DNA of 64,000 nt, taken from Eukaryota sp. TZLM1-RC (Eukaryota > Protista > Metamonada: BaSk clade). The notes beneath the pieces are model-generated. The model was not told the DNA's origin, did not search any database, and saw nothing but the letters and a program-made list of their open reading frames with translations. A program made the translations under genes and the position numbers. The stretch spans positions 3,977,681-4,041,680 of the forward strand of contig JAUPSS010000001.1 in assembly GCA_040285825.1 (NCBI GenBank), in the 5' to 3' direction. Each line of letters begins with the position of its first letter. Positions within the stretch are counted from its first letter, which is position 1. Positions 27,250-39,274 of the stretch are shown piece after piece.

Positions 27250-28535
27250 TGAAATTGAGGAAAGTCCCGATAAATCAACATCTTCAACTCCAATATCACT
27301 TTAAAGGCAGACACAACAATTCGATTCTGCCAAAATAACTTACTGAAGCTTCTATTGATCCCTTATTCAACAATCTGTTCAAATATCAAAAAAAACGTTA
27401 GACAGTAGGTCAAAGTCCAATATTTTTAACAGAACTAAAGTTCACAGTTGCTTCCTTTGGTAAAGAGTTGTTAGCATCATTTTCCATGGTTGTTGATTGG
27501 GTTCAATCTTTTTTCGGTTGTTCTATGGTGGCGCGACTACTGAAATGATTCCACAAAAAAGGCAGATATCTTGAATTAGTTGCGATATTTTATTTTTGCA
27601 ATAGATAACTGAGTTCATAACTGCAAACTTGGTTTGGTTTGTCTAAGTTATGATGTGAGTATATTGTTATTCAGAGCCACAATTTGTTGAAGAGCCCACT
27701 GATTCGTACTTGTTGTTCGAAATGTAATGATAAAGTTGGTCACCAAGGAATCTTCCTTAGTTTTCAATTGATTGTTTACTGCATTTGACAAAGTTGTTAA
27801 ACGTATGGGAGAAATGTGTGGGGGAAGAATGGAAATTGACATAATCTCGATTGAACACACATATATTGAATAGAACAACAGGCCATGTTATGAGGATACC
27901 TTTTCTTATAACCTTTATTTATTCATCGATCCTTTAATTGTAGTTAAAATATTAAGAATTAGTGCAAATACGAAATAGAATTGTTACCTCCCATCTATCA
28001 ATTCATCTTTTTGGACTGTTTTAAGTGCATCAAGAAGATCAATTTTGTTGTCGTAGACAGTGTGAAGAAGGTTCAGGTGCCAAGATCCACGGAGAGAACT
28101 GGGGATTGTTGACAGAAGAACAAAAACATTTAAGAAAACATCAACATCGACCGTCACAAAATGGTCGTATCATTTGATTGTTGTGTATCATTGAATCAAT
28201 GAATCATTTCTCATTTAATGACTGAAATTCTTCCTGATTACATAAATGCAAATGCCTTTGGAAAAAGAATTGTTGAATAATTGAATATAATTAAGCCTGA
28301 AAATGTTCAAGAAGTTGTATTGTTTACCTTTAGAAAACAGAGACCTCTGTGAACATATTTTCAGTAATTTATTACAAGATTGTTTAGCTACAGTTGAAAT
28401 AGCGTCTGCCTATCTATTACCACTTTATTTGAATAATTGCAGCCGAGTGCAATGAAGAAACCCAGACACTGCTGTAAATACACAATCAAAAGGCAATCAG
28501 TTACAGTTGTCACTCATCTAATAACAAAGCATAAT

Positions 28536-29296
28536 ATGTCCAGCACCAGAACTTCCCGCAAAAGAAGAAGCTCTCAGCGGCAAAATCACAGAGCTTTCAC
28601 CACATGTGCAATCTGTATTGGTGTAAAACGTTCCGATGAAGATTGGTCTATTAAAATGACTCCTGCATGCGACCATGAACGAACATGCTGTGACAATTGC
28701 ATCAGAAGACATGTAAGAGAAGAGCTGATTCAAAAGAATGCTTTTCGTGATGTCCCTTGCTTACACAGCTCTTGTAAAGCTACAATGACCTTTAACACCC
28801 TGAAAAACTTTGCATCAGCCACAATCTTTGAAAGGTACGATAATATGTTGTTGAAACGCCTTGTTGAATCTATGCCTGAATTCAGATGGTGCGCTGCCAG
28901 TAGCTGTGGATGGGGGGCAATAATAGAATCAGGAGAAGAAAATCCCATCATTCACTGTATGGCATGTGCTGCCAAGACTTGTTACATTGACAGGGTTCTC
29001 TGGCATGAGGGTAAAACTTGTAGAGACTACCAAATTAGTGTGTATGAATCTGAGGAGAATGCAAATCGAAACTACATTAACCAAAACACCAAGCCGTGTC
29101 CTTCATGTAACCATGGGATTGAAAAAATAGATGGATGTGATCATATGACATGCAGTGTGTGTCAGTATGTTTATTGCCCTTTTGTAATCACAGATATGAA
29201 TTCTGTTGGCGTTGTTCGGCAAACTACAAAGGTGAGGAGGGTATTCGAGCTATTGGTAACACAGCACATGCTCGTAGTTGTCGTTACTATGCATAA
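28536..29296 (+). CDS. RBR E3 ubiquitin ligase paralog; intron 29165-29193
   Basis: Near-identical to 22454-23163 over IBR/RING2. Spliced end CQ|YEFCWRC...HARSCRYYA*. Confidence 0.88.
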
Positions 29297-29539
29297 CCGT
29301 TGCATACGTTCTAGGTCCGAAAAACTATGTAGAGTTCATTGTTATAAATCCACTACAAACATTGAAGTTACAAAATACTCTTGTCTTACAATTTAACGTT
29401 TTGATGGTTCTTTTGGTCAACCTAAAGTTTGTAAAAATAAATTGTAAATAAAATTTTTGTGGCCAATAATTCAAAAAAAACAAACAGTTTACAGTGAAAT
29501 TTTTAGATTTCCTGTAAGTCAAGTCTTTTAAAAACTTCA

Positions 29540-30242
29540 ATGCATCAAACCAGACGCAGACTGTCCTACAAATTCAAGCAATCTCAACATGTGTGTACTA
29601 TATGTATGTCTGACAAACCAAATAGTGAGGATTGGTCTGTTAAAATGACTCCTGCATGCGATCATGAACGAACATGCTGTGATGACTGTATCAGGAGACA
29701 TGTAAAAGAAGAGCTGATTTCAAAGAATGGTTTTCGTGATGTCCCTTGCTTACACAGCTCTTGTAAAGCTACAATGACCTTTGACACCCTGAAAAGATGT
29801 TTGTCAGTTGATGACCTCCAACGATATGAATTAAGGCTCCTTACACGATGTTTAGAGAGTGAAGCAAAGTTTAAATGGTGCTCAGGAACAGATTGTCAAT
29901 GGGGAGCAATATTGGAAGATGTAGAACCACATCAGACAGTTTTTTGTTCATCCTGTTTCTCGCAAACAGCGCTCAACACAAATGGGGAATGGAAGACAGA
30001 GAGCACATGCAATGGGTACTACGTTGGATTTCATCAATCGGCAGAGGAAAAGACCAACTTATGTTACATCAATGCAAAAACCAAACCATGCCCATCCTGC
30101 AAACACGCCATTGAAAAAGATGGTGGGTGTGATCACATTACTTGTGTCTCTTGTCGGTATGTCCCACCTCAATACTAACCTTATGTATGAATTCTGTTGG
30201 GCATGTTTAGGAAATTATAAGTCACATAGTAGCTGTAGGTAG
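29540..30242 (+). CDS. Third RBR E3 ligase paralog (diverged IBR); putative intron 30157-30184 ending in AT
   Basis: RING1 nearly identical to the other two copies. TKPCPSCKHAIEKDGGCDHITC..CR|YEFCWAC. Confidence 0.75.
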
Positions 30243-30549
30243 ACTTAAGTAATAGGAAACATTAGTCTTGACATTAAAGAGGAGACTTGATGAGATGAAA
30301 ATTTGACAAAACATTGCACTTCAAATTCTCAAGGACATTATTTTCCAATTGAGTGAGACAATTCACTGAAAGCACTATTAAACTTTCTTTTAAACCATTG
30401 TGTGGACCGCTGGAAAATTGAGATTGTGAACTGATTATTACGATTTTTGTCTTGAACCAATGTTACAAACTAAAGAATTTAGTCAGGAAAATTGAATTAA
30501 TTATAACAAGATAATCAACTTACTATCAACAACAATTCAATCACTGTTA

Positions 30550-31650
30550 TTGTATTATCGCAAATTAAGTTAAATGCTGGGTGTAAGTAGAACTGCTAAT
30601 GTGGATTTCTTATTTACCCAAATGGAAGGGTGGCCTTGGTTTTCACAATCTTACCTTATTGTATAATGTCAATTTCTGAAATATCATATTTTGTTAAACT
30701 CTTTTGATGCTGACTTGAGAAACTTATTTGAATTAATGAAACAAAGAAGATTTATCTGGAAACAGAAGTTTAATTTAATTGAAAAACTGGAGCATTATTC
30801 TCGATTGGTTGAAGAAAGATGACAAATACTCAAATCTATCATAAAATTATTTCCAAATTTAAAAATGATGAAATTCAAGGAAGAATCGACACAATCATGG
30901 AGTATGAAGTACAATCTTCAATGAGGAATGTCATGTTGAATTCAGATAATATGAACGCTGATCATCATTGGCTGTCCACGTCGATTGATTTACCACCTAG
31001 AATCAGCAAGTTTGCAATTAATTCTTCCTTGACTGTCTTTCTTACTGCTGATAACCATTATCGAGGGAAAATTTGTCGAAAATGCCTGATGGATCTCAAC
31101 TAATGTCTGCTATGTGCTCATTATGTCAGTCCGGACCTGCTATTTTGTGTAACATTTTTTGCAGTTGTCAAAGTTATCGTATCACCGAAATACACAACAG
31201 ACTAAATGGAGAGATGATTCAATTTTAAATAGTTTTTTAACCTCTTTCTTCCTTTCCTAGATCATTATGATGTTAACTGCGTTTAACCTTATCACACAAT
31301 TTATTACGTAATTTTGACCTGGACTAACTCTTATCTCAAAAAATATTGATGAATCAAGAAGGAAGACAGTCCTGATTTGTGAGTTAACATCACCGATGGA
31401 ATAATATTAAGTTAGTAGACATACACTAGAAAGTACAAAATATCAGAGTTTTGAATTGATTTAAAAAGTTTCAGCAAGGGAAATAATTGCTAATAGCTGC
31501 ATTTCATTGATGAAGAGATTACTCATTCTAAAGTTTAAAATGAAAACCATTTGTAAAGAATTAGCATTTCAAGCACTCAATTACTCATATGGCATCTTTT
31601 CAGGTAGAGGATCTCGTATAGAGTTGACTGATGGAACAGAATGATAGAAA
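30550..31650 (+). mobile_element. Highly decayed RLE-type non-LTR retrotransposon (thumb/knuckle/endonuclease region)
   Basis: Fragments in order: FLFT..KGGLG, QG, HWL, KFAIN, CRKC, HN, PDL, KYQ, with many stops and frameshifts. Boundaries approximate. Confidence 0.55.
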
Positions 31651-31821
31651 CACTATGGGTGTTGGTTTAAAAGTGTTCAAGCTCAGTATTTCGTGTTAAT
31701 TGTTAATAGAAAAAATTGTTTTTTGATATTAATAGAATGTATTTCATAATAAAATTTTTTTAAGTAATGTCCCCACCGAAAAAGCTCTAAATAGTGTCAA
31801 ATAGCCGCTTTCAAACACGCC

Positions 31822-31856
31822 CGTCTGTTTTCGAACAGACGTTTTTTTCTCACTAG
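31822..31856 (+). mobile_element. Helitron-like 3' terminus (hairpin + CTAG|T)
   Basis: cgtctgtt-ttcg-aacagacg (8-bp stem), 11 nt, then CTAG followed by T. Confidence 0.45.
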
Positions 31857-32334
31857 TTCATGGAAAACGCTTTGGAGAAAAGTTGAAACGAGCAAATGAA
31901 ATTTTTGATGAACAAAATCTAAGTTTCATTTTGAAGTCTAGCTATTTTTTTAATTTTAAAAAGAGTAGTTTCAATTTTGGTTCAGTTTTCCAATCCAACA
32001 AAACTAACTTATTAAAATATGGAAAGAATGATATCCAAGTAGAAAGAAGTGGTGGTTTCTTAGCTTAGTTTAGCTCTGATCAGTGTTTTCTTCTTTTAAA
32101 TAACGAAATTCAATTCTAGGTATTAGGGGCTCTACCTTACAGAATGAAGACCCTAGATAAAGACGATAAAAACTCTAGATTAGAGTCCATCATAATGTTT
32201 CAAAAGTGGAGGTCACCCTAGATGAACAGTTGGATAAAACATGCGCTGCCTGCACCAAATTAACTGAGGAAAATTGTTTTTGAAGAGAAGATAAAGAATT
32301 TTTTAAATAAATCCGACTAAAACATTATCTTTAT

Positions 32335-33723
32335 TTACTCTATTTTCTTCCTTGAAAAAAACCTAGATGTACTCAAAGTCATCAAAAACGTTTTAATAAA
32401 AGATTCTTGACTAAACCTCTTCACTGCTCTCCTTGCACCATGTTGTATGTGTGACAAATGATCCCAGTTACCAAGTAGAACAGTCCCCAACGCCCTTGCA
32501 TACTCCTCCACATCAGAGCAAAGAAAACCGGTCTGAGAACCATCTTGAAGAGGAATAACAATATCGGAGAGAGGGCCACCTGAGCAATGGGCAATGGGGA
32601 TAGCACCAGAAGCCATGTACTCTACCACAGAAATTCCAAAATGCTCGGCAGTCATGGCATGAAGTCCAGCTTTGGCAACCTGTAAACGTGCTAAAAGGTC
32701 AATATAAGCAAGATTTTCCTTGACCACAACAGAATCTTCAAGACCAAGTTCAACAATTCGCTCTTTAATACTATCAACCATTGCCCGATCTTTTGGACGT
32801 ACACTACCTATTAATTCTAAAACAGGTTTTTCGCTAAACTTATTTCCATATTTTTCCATCATAAATTTCCAAGCATCTAGCATTAAAAAGTGATTTTTTT
32901 CAGGCCTAAATTGGGCAACAGCCACGACCACGTTTTCTCTAGGTGCCAGTGGTAATCTTTTCATTGCACGAGTGTCGCAAGGGGGATAGACGATAAGAAC
33001 ATCATCTCTGTTCCATAATTGAGTAATGTGGTTATACGTCCAAGTAGAATTGACCATGACAACGGAAGTAAATTTGGATACAAAGAGGTAAAAAAATGAA
33101 AATAGTCTGTAATAAAGAATTTTAATTAAAGTCAATAATTTTGAATTCGCTACCCAATTGCGGTTGTTGTACAGTTGGCGCCGTGATTTAATTCGAGTAA
33201 CCATTTCAGAGGTGATGATTGGATAATGTACATAGCAAGCAACGTTGCTACCCCCAAACACTCTAAACAAAGGATAGGTGAATGCGCTGCCCATAGTGTC
33301 AATGTAATAAGAAGGGACAAAGCGGAGAAGACACTCTAAACCGACTAGTAAGGATGCGAATGATTGGAAGAGTAGAGTAAAGAAAGGGTAAAGCTTTGGA
33401 TCAAGAAGAGTTCTTGATTTGATAAAAATGAAATTGACAGGGGACAGCTTAACTCCAAAGCTGGATTGGGCTTTGGTGAGGATGGAAGTGGGAGTTTCCC
33501 CACAAGAACGTCCTGTGTAGACGTAAATCTTGAGTTTAGGGTCATGTTTCTGTAGTGCTTGAACAGCAAACCACAGCACGCGTTCCCCACCACCTGCGTC
33601 ATTGGCATACGGATGGAAAAATGCTACAGAATTTTTGACTTTACGAAAGCGTGAGAGTATAAAGAGTAATGTACATGAAGTAGTAAAAGCAAGAGCAAGT
33701 ATGCTTAGAAGATAAACATACAT
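32335..33723 (-). CDS. ALG11: GDP-Man:Man3GlcNAc2-PP-Dol alpha-1,2-mannosyltransferase
   Basis: FFHPYANDAGGGERVLW, YIDTMG.AF, CYVHYP, VNSTWT.NHI, QFRPEKNH, EHFGISVVEYMASG. Confidence 0.96.
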   Translation of the reverse strand: MYVYLLSILALAFTTSCTLLFILSRFRKVKNSVAFFHPYANDAGGGERVLWFAVQALQKHDPKLKIYVYTGRSCGETPTSILTKAQSSFGVKLSPVNFIFIKSRTLLDPKLYPFFTLLFQSFASLLVGLECLLRFVPSYYIDTMGSAFTYPLFRVFGGSNVACYVHYPIITSEMVTRIKSRRQLYNNRNWVANSKLLTLIKILYYRLFSFFYLFVSKFTSVVMVNSTWTYNHITQLWNRDDVLIVYPPCDTRAMKRLPLAPRENVVVAVAQFRPEKNHFLMLDAWKFMMEKYGNKFSEKPVLELIGSVRPKDRAMVDSIKERIVELGLEDSVVVKENLAYIDLLARLQVAKAGLHAMTAEHFGISVVEYMASGAIPIAHCSGGPLSDIVIPLQDGSQTGFLCSDVEEYARALGTVLLGNWDHLSHIQHGARRAVKRFSQESFIKTFLMTLSTSRFFSRKKIE

Positions 33724-34087
33724 GGGATATAGGATTGATTACCAGATTTATAACTTTGCACTTTGGCCTCTTTGACTTCTTCAATGAATAAACGAATCTG
33801 TAGTGATTCTGGTACATCCACTCTAAAGCTTTAAAAAACAGTTCTATGATGCAATGTTTGAATTTAGAGATGTATACCTTAATTAAAATTTGTTTCAATG
33901 ACAACAGTCCAATTAACATTGTTGTATGACACTGAATGAACTCCACGTGTAATGGTTTTCAAGCAATAAGACGATTTAAATCTTATTTACATTCGAAAAA
34001 TCATTTAAATTAAATTGCATCAAATAATTTGAATTAGTCATCCCCCAATCCAGGTCTCCTTACCACCCAGGTCACGGATACAGCACA

Positions 34088-35899
34088 ATGACCGATATCT
34101 CAAATCTCAGTCTTCCTGAGCGCATGGCTCTTATTGCCAAGGAACGTCAGCGGAAACTTGAAGATGCTGTACGTAAACGAGAAGAAGAAGAACTCAACGC
34201 CTCCACATGTTCTTTCCGTCCCCAAATCAACAAACAGTCCAAAGCAATTGATCGTGCTCTCCCTCTAGTTGACTACTTTCAAAACTGGATCAGTGACAGA
34301 GACCTCAAACTTACCAGTAAACGTAACGAATCCGAAGCAGCTTCCCCTGCCTCTCCTGCTACTAATCCAAGATCAGCCAAACTAGCCGAGAAATGGAGGA
34401 CTCGTGATCGTTCCCCCTCCCCTCCTCCCGAAGAACCCTCCTTCCAACCAAAGATCAATCCCAAGTCGGCCTCGCTTCAGAATGATGTTCCTCTTCCTGA
34501 ACGACTCAGCTCTGTCGCAGAAGAACGTCGCTCCCGGCTGGAAGAACTACGAAGGCAAAAACTACTGGAAGAAGAAGAAGAGCTTAAAAAGTCCCTTTCT
34601 CCTGATATTTCTCTTCTCAATCGTGTCAGAGGCTCAAACATTGAAGATGATCTTTATGTACGAGATAAAGAAGCACAAGAACGTCGTCTTTTAAAACTAA
34701 CCCAGCAACTCCACGAAGAACAAGCCCAGTATAAGCCAAAGATTAACCAACGTTCAAGACAGCTGGCGTCTAACCGTAACCCAGCTTCCAAGTCTAGTTC
34801 ACGTAACACCAGTCCAGGTGAGAAAGTTATGAATCCTGATGACGACCCTGATTTAACTTTTACCCCGAAAATTAACCCTACCTCATCAAAAATTGCGTCT
34901 GGGGCTACTCCAAAAGGAACACCAAGAACTTTGTACCTGTACAAGAAAAAGTCTGAAATTGAGCGGAGCAGGGAATCTTTAGCTTCTAGCTTAGCTGATA
35001 GGGAGACTGTAGGATGTACTTTTTCGCCCAGGATTACTAAAAAAGCCAAGAAAGCATCATCTTCTACTCCTTCTTTTCAGACGGAAGGTAGCATTGTTTC
35101 TAGAACCGAAGCATGGAAGAAAAAGAGGGAGCAAAGGGTTAAGAATGAAAAGGAACGACTCTTGGAGGAAGAACTAAAGGAATGTACGTTTACCCCCAAG
35201 AGACCTCAATCTAAGGTCCAACCACCCAAAAAAGCTTCTTTGGATCAGTATTATGGCGTTTCGAGTTTTGTACAGCGACAACAAAAAGCTAGACAATTAC
35301 GAGATGAGCAAGATCCTAATAAGTTAGTCTCTAATGGATCGAAATGGAATGGTTCCTTGACCAAGCCTCAGCCGTTTAGGTTTAATAATAGAGATCGCAA
35401 TAATGAAAGCAACAACAAGCCTACTACGCCTGTCTCTAATGCTTTTGTTGTGTTAGATGATGTTGATCCTATGCAAGATGTCAATATCAATGAATGGAAA
35501 GCAAGAAAGAAAGAGAAACATGAAGAAGAATCTGTTCAAGTGTCATTAACCGAAAAACCTTGGAGAACCGGAACTAATATCGATATTGTTGATTCTCCCA
35601 AGAGTGATCGTGTTAAGAGAAAATGTGGTTGCTGTACTACTGAGTTTTGTCAGGAAATGCCTGATTTGGATGATATTGATTTTACTGATACTCAAGGAAG
35701 ACATGCAGGCGAATTGGAATTTTATAAAAGATTACAGCAAAGTCGAATTAAACCTGAAGAACCAAAGACAACTTGGTCGCCTGAAGTCACTGTTCCAAAG
35801 GAGTTTAAGTTTAACCAAAGGCCTGCTTCTGGGCAGATTTCCTCTCTAGCAAGACCTTATTCTGATGGTGGTCGAAGTGTTTTGAATCTTGATGGGTAG
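34088..35899 (+). CDS. Uncharacterised coiled-coil protein with repeated C/L-T-F-x-P-K-I motifs and TPX2/FAM161-like TxPxxF motifs (probable microtubule-associated protein)
   Basis: 603-aa ORF; CSFRPQIN, PSFQPKIN, LTFTPKIN, CTFSPRIT, CTFTPK; TKPQPFRF, TVPKEFKF. Confidence 0.75.
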   Translation: MTDISNLSLPERMALIAKERQRKLEDAVRKREEEELNASTCSFRPQINKQSKAIDRALPLVDYFQNWISDRDLKLTSKRNESEAASPASPATNPRSAKLAEKWRTRDRSPSPPPEEPSFQPKINPKSASLQNDVPLPERLSSVAEERRSRLEELRRQKLLEEEEELKKSLSPDISLLNRVRGSNIEDDLYVRDKEAQERRLLKLTQQLHEEQAQYKPKINQRSRQLASNRNPASKSSSRNTSPGEKVMNPDDDPDLTFTPKINPTSSKIASGATPKGTPRTLYLYKKKSEIERSRESLASSLADRETVGCTFSPRITKKAKKASSSTPSFQTEGSIVSRTEAWKKKREQRVKNEKERLLEEELKECTFTPKRPQSKVQPPKKASLDQYYGVSSFVQRQQKARQLRDEQDPNKLVSNGSKWNGSLTKPQPFRFNNRDRNNESNNKPTTPVSNAFVVLDDVDPMQDVNINEWKARKKEKHEEESVQVSLTEKPWRTGTNIDIVDSPKSDRVKRKCGCCTTEFCQEMPDLDDIDFTDTQGRHAGELEFYKRLQQSRIKPEEPKTTWSPEVTVPKEFKFNQRPASGQISSLARPYSDGGRSVLNLDG

Positions 35900-36267
35900 T
35901 AAACGGAGTTTGTATTATATTGTTTGTTAGTTTGCCATTTTATTTTTATATAAAAAAATATTCACAGGATGTCTTTGGTGTTTTGTTGAGTTTAAACAAA
36001 CATTGACACACACGAAGAAAGGTATTTCGGTTTTATTTTGAAATGGTAAATTTCTAAATACAACATCGAGGTTTTCAAATAAATTTGTGTAGTTAGCAAT
36101 TCTGATTGGGGGAGAAAGTTTAAAAATTTGAAGTATTTATTTTCAAGCTAAGAAGTAATGTATTAAAAAAGAAAATTTCAGTTAAAATTTTCCAATTAAA
36201 CCTAAATTTAACAAAGTGTACAATACCGCCAAAAAGACTAAATTATATAAAAACTAGAGCAAAAAAA

Positions 36268-37109
36268 CTACACTAAAAGAACCGCATTAATACAACCCTG
36301 AGATAAAAGATTAAAAACAACATACATCTAGTTCTGGATTATTAGTAACTTGAGCAAACTTACCCCACACAACTTTTCCACTGGTGGTGACAAGGCCCAA
36401 CTCAGAAACATTTACTTCGATAATTGTACCCTTTGTCATTACACCAAGATTTGTAAAGGTAGAACTCGATGGGTTCTTCTTGACACCCAGTATATCTAAG
36501 CAAAAAGTGGTCTTGAGTTCTGGATGGGTAACGTGTGCTTTACGGAACCTCATAGCTGCTGGGCGAATAAAACGTTCATATTTTGGTGGTTTGCGAGTGA
36601 AACCATCACCTACAAAAGTAGCCTTGGTGACTAATCGTTTCCAGCTCTTTTTTTGACGTTTTCCTGTTCTAATGACCTTGAAGATTTCATCCTCTGGGAT
36701 AGCTCTGATTTTTGGTATCGGGACATCCCATTTACCAGCCTTTTCCTTCTTCTTCTGTTTAATCATGTTTGAAAGAACTTTTCCACGGGAAACATTCTCA
36801 CGATCAAGGAGATAAGCTGGTACAGCGCCATCAGGGACATTGTCATCAGTTGCGCGAGTAGTGTTTTTCTTTTCATGCATGTTGATCATTTTCTTCATTT
36901 GAGCCTTCTCCTTGAATCGCTGCTTGTTGAGGAGTTTAGCACGAAGACCATGAACAGATTTAGATTCCTTAGCTATACGGTGAGGTTCACGGGCTTCTCT
37001 CTTGCGTCTGAAGTGAACAGGAGAATCAAAGATCATACTGCCGCTCATGATAATCAAGACGACGACCATGGCGTTTGAGATGCAGTTCAATATGTTCATT
37101 CTGGGGCAT
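36268..37109 (-). CDS. NSA2: 60S ribosome biogenesis protein NSA2; introns 37008-37038 and 36298-36325
   Basis: Spliced [24 protein letters not shown]|RKREAR...[14 protein letters not shown]...TNNPELD|GCINAVLLV*. Confidence 0.97.
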
Positions 37110-37213
37110 TTTGGAAGTACAATGAAAGGAGAATGATTTACCTCAACGTTTCTATTTCACTGGCCACCACTTACAATCCCAACATTCAATTGACATTATT
37201 GTGCTTTTAGCGG

Positions 37214-38467
37214 ATGTCTGAGCCCATCTCTCTCTTTAAATCAATACGAGGTCACCGCGGTACTGTCAATTCAGTTGCCTTTTCCTCTAATGGAACACAA
37301 ATTACTACCTCTTCAAACGACGAAACCGTCATGGTCTGGACCTTAACCCCTTCTTTTCGATCCTACCGGTGGACTGGGCATACTGACAAAGTTGTTGACG
37401 TCACTTTTCACCCAGACGGCGGCCACGTAGCCTCAGTATCACGTGATTCTACTGTACGCATCTGGAAAACCTGCGTTACTCCCGTTCCTCTTGTCATCTC
37501 TGGGCTTGCATCACCACTCCGTTGTGTAGCTTGGTCTTGTCATGGGGAACAGCTTGCAATTGCTGGTGATGATAAAACCATTCGCGTTTACTCAATCGAA
37601 TCACTGATCGCACCCACTAAAACTACCAAAACAAAAGAAATATCAGCTAGTTCAGCTGGCGTTCGTTTTTCCCATTCGTTCCAAGGCCACAACCACTGGG
37701 TCAACACCATTTGTTTCCAGCCTGGCGACTGTGCTCTTTTAGCTTCTGGTGGTGAGGATGGTCGTCTGTGTTTGTTTGATAAGAGAGTGGGTCCCAAACC
37801 TATTTATTCAAAGAAAGAATCTGGCGGTGCGATTTATTCCATGGATTATTCCCCTGATGGCAAGTTTATTGTTACGGGTTCCAAAGATGGTAAGGTTCGT
37901 TTATATGATTTAGAATCAACTCAATTAGTTGCACTCTTTGAGGGTCATAAAGGTCCTGTGAGGTCAGTATGTTTTGGTTTTGGATCCCTATCTTTTTTGA
38001 TTGCCTCTGCATCTGATGACACGTCATGCCGCGTTTGGTCTGTCACAGAAGGTTGTCTTTTGTACACACTATATGGCCATAATGCTCCTGTATCTGGGGT
38101 CGCTTTCTCTCAAGTAGAAGAACAAGACTCAATGTTACTTGCTACGAGTGGCGGAGACTCTGTTTTTCTTTGGAAAGTCAATATTGGTCTGGTCACTGAA
38201 GAATCTGCTTCAAGAGCAGCCGTTCCTGCTGTGGAGGACATTGATGAGGAAGTTGAGGAAGTTGAGGAAGAGGAAGAACCTCAAGTTTATGGTTTTGATC
38301 GTGATAATGTGGTGAGTCTGGGCACGGGTAAATTCGCAAAGACTTTGGAATCAATTCCTGATAATATAATGTATGCTCTAGAGTCTATTTCTGGCCAAAT
38401 TGATTTAATTCATAGGAGGCTTGATGTTTTGGATAATAGAATTTCTATTGTGGAGGATAAGCTTTAG
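37214..38467 (+). CDS. POC1: POC1-like centriolar WD40 protein
   Basis: Seven WD40 repeats (GH...VW, LLYTLYGH) plus C-terminal coiled coil LESISGQIDLI...LDNRISIVEDKL. Confidence 0.8.
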   Translation: MSEPISLFKSIRGHRGTVNSVAFSSNGTQITTSSNDETVMVWTLTPSFRSYRWTGHTDKVVDVTFHPDGGHVASVSRDSTVRIWKTCVTPVPLVISGLASPLRCVAWSCHGEQLAIAGDDKTIRVYSIESLIAPTKTTKTKEISASSAGVRFSHSFQGHNHWVNTICFQPGDCALLASGGEDGRLCLFDKRVGPKPIYSKKESGGAIYSMDYSPDGKFIVTGSKDGKVRLYDLESTQLVALFEGHKGPVRSVCFGFGSLSFLIASASDDTSCRVWSVTEGCLLYTLYGHNAPVSGVAFSQVEEQDSMLLATSGGDSVFLWKVNIGLVTEESASRAAVPAVEDIDEEVEEVEEEEEPQVYGFDRDNVVSLGTGKFAKTLESIPDNIMYALESISGQIDLIHRRLDVLDNRISIVEDKL

Positions 38468-38759
38468 GATTGGTTGAGAATGTATTTTATTGTGTATTTT
38501 TTTTGTAATTTTAAATTAATTTGATAAAATTGAGTTAAATCGGATTTAATGTTGGAGTTGCAATTTTGTTTGGATATAGTGCTTTTATTGTGGTTTGAAT
38601 ATCGTGTATCAATGAGCCTCTGCTGAAGGAAACACTGTCTCTGAATAATTTTTTCTGATGAAAGAGGTGATTTATATTGTGATTGGATTGATAATTCTCA
38701 GCTGTTGTTGACTTTGTCTCCTGTAATGTTGCACATGACACTTTGGTTCAAAGAAAAAA

Positions 38760-39099
38760 ACTCAATCCTGTGAGTGATCTTGATTTAAAAGCAAAAAAAA
38801 CATAGAAAATATGATCAAGATATCGAAGAAGCTAATGCTGATAGAAATACACAGCTAGTTTTTATTGCTTTTCCATTTTCGATAAATGTAAGATTATCAG
38901 ATAAAGCAGAAATTTTTTTAAATGACTTCCAAAAAATGGTTCAAGAAAAAACAATGAAAAGATTTGATATTTTTTATGGCGTTCACGGATTCAATTTGCC
39001 ATTATTAATAGATTACCACGGTTTTTCAATCAAATAAGAGAAGCTTTAGCTAGACAGCAAGCACATCAAGATTTTGTAGAGGAAATCTTGGTTCAATGA
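38760..39099 (+). mobile_element. 3' end of an RLE-type non-LTR retrotransposon
   Basis: K.RKYD...FIAFPFSIN.RL....FLNDF...WRSRIQFAI..RLP, homologous to the tail of 21144-21830. Confidence 0.65.
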
Positions 39100-39274
39100 T
39101 AGTCGTCCCATTAGTTATGAATTAATTTAATTAAGTGTGCATGTTCAATAAATATCGAAAAATTGCTTTCAAAAAAACTAAACACAAAAATTAAAATTCT
39201 AAATCTTCATATCCCAAATCAGCCAACACAAAGTGTCTGGAAGTTTTTCCTTCATAAAAGCAACCAAGAGTTAA

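Noticed and set aside
32130-32270. Possible box C/D snoRNA (ATGAAGA...CTGA); also ATGATGA at ~42632
   Set aside because: No terminal stem or recognisable rRNA guide; such motifs are expected by chance
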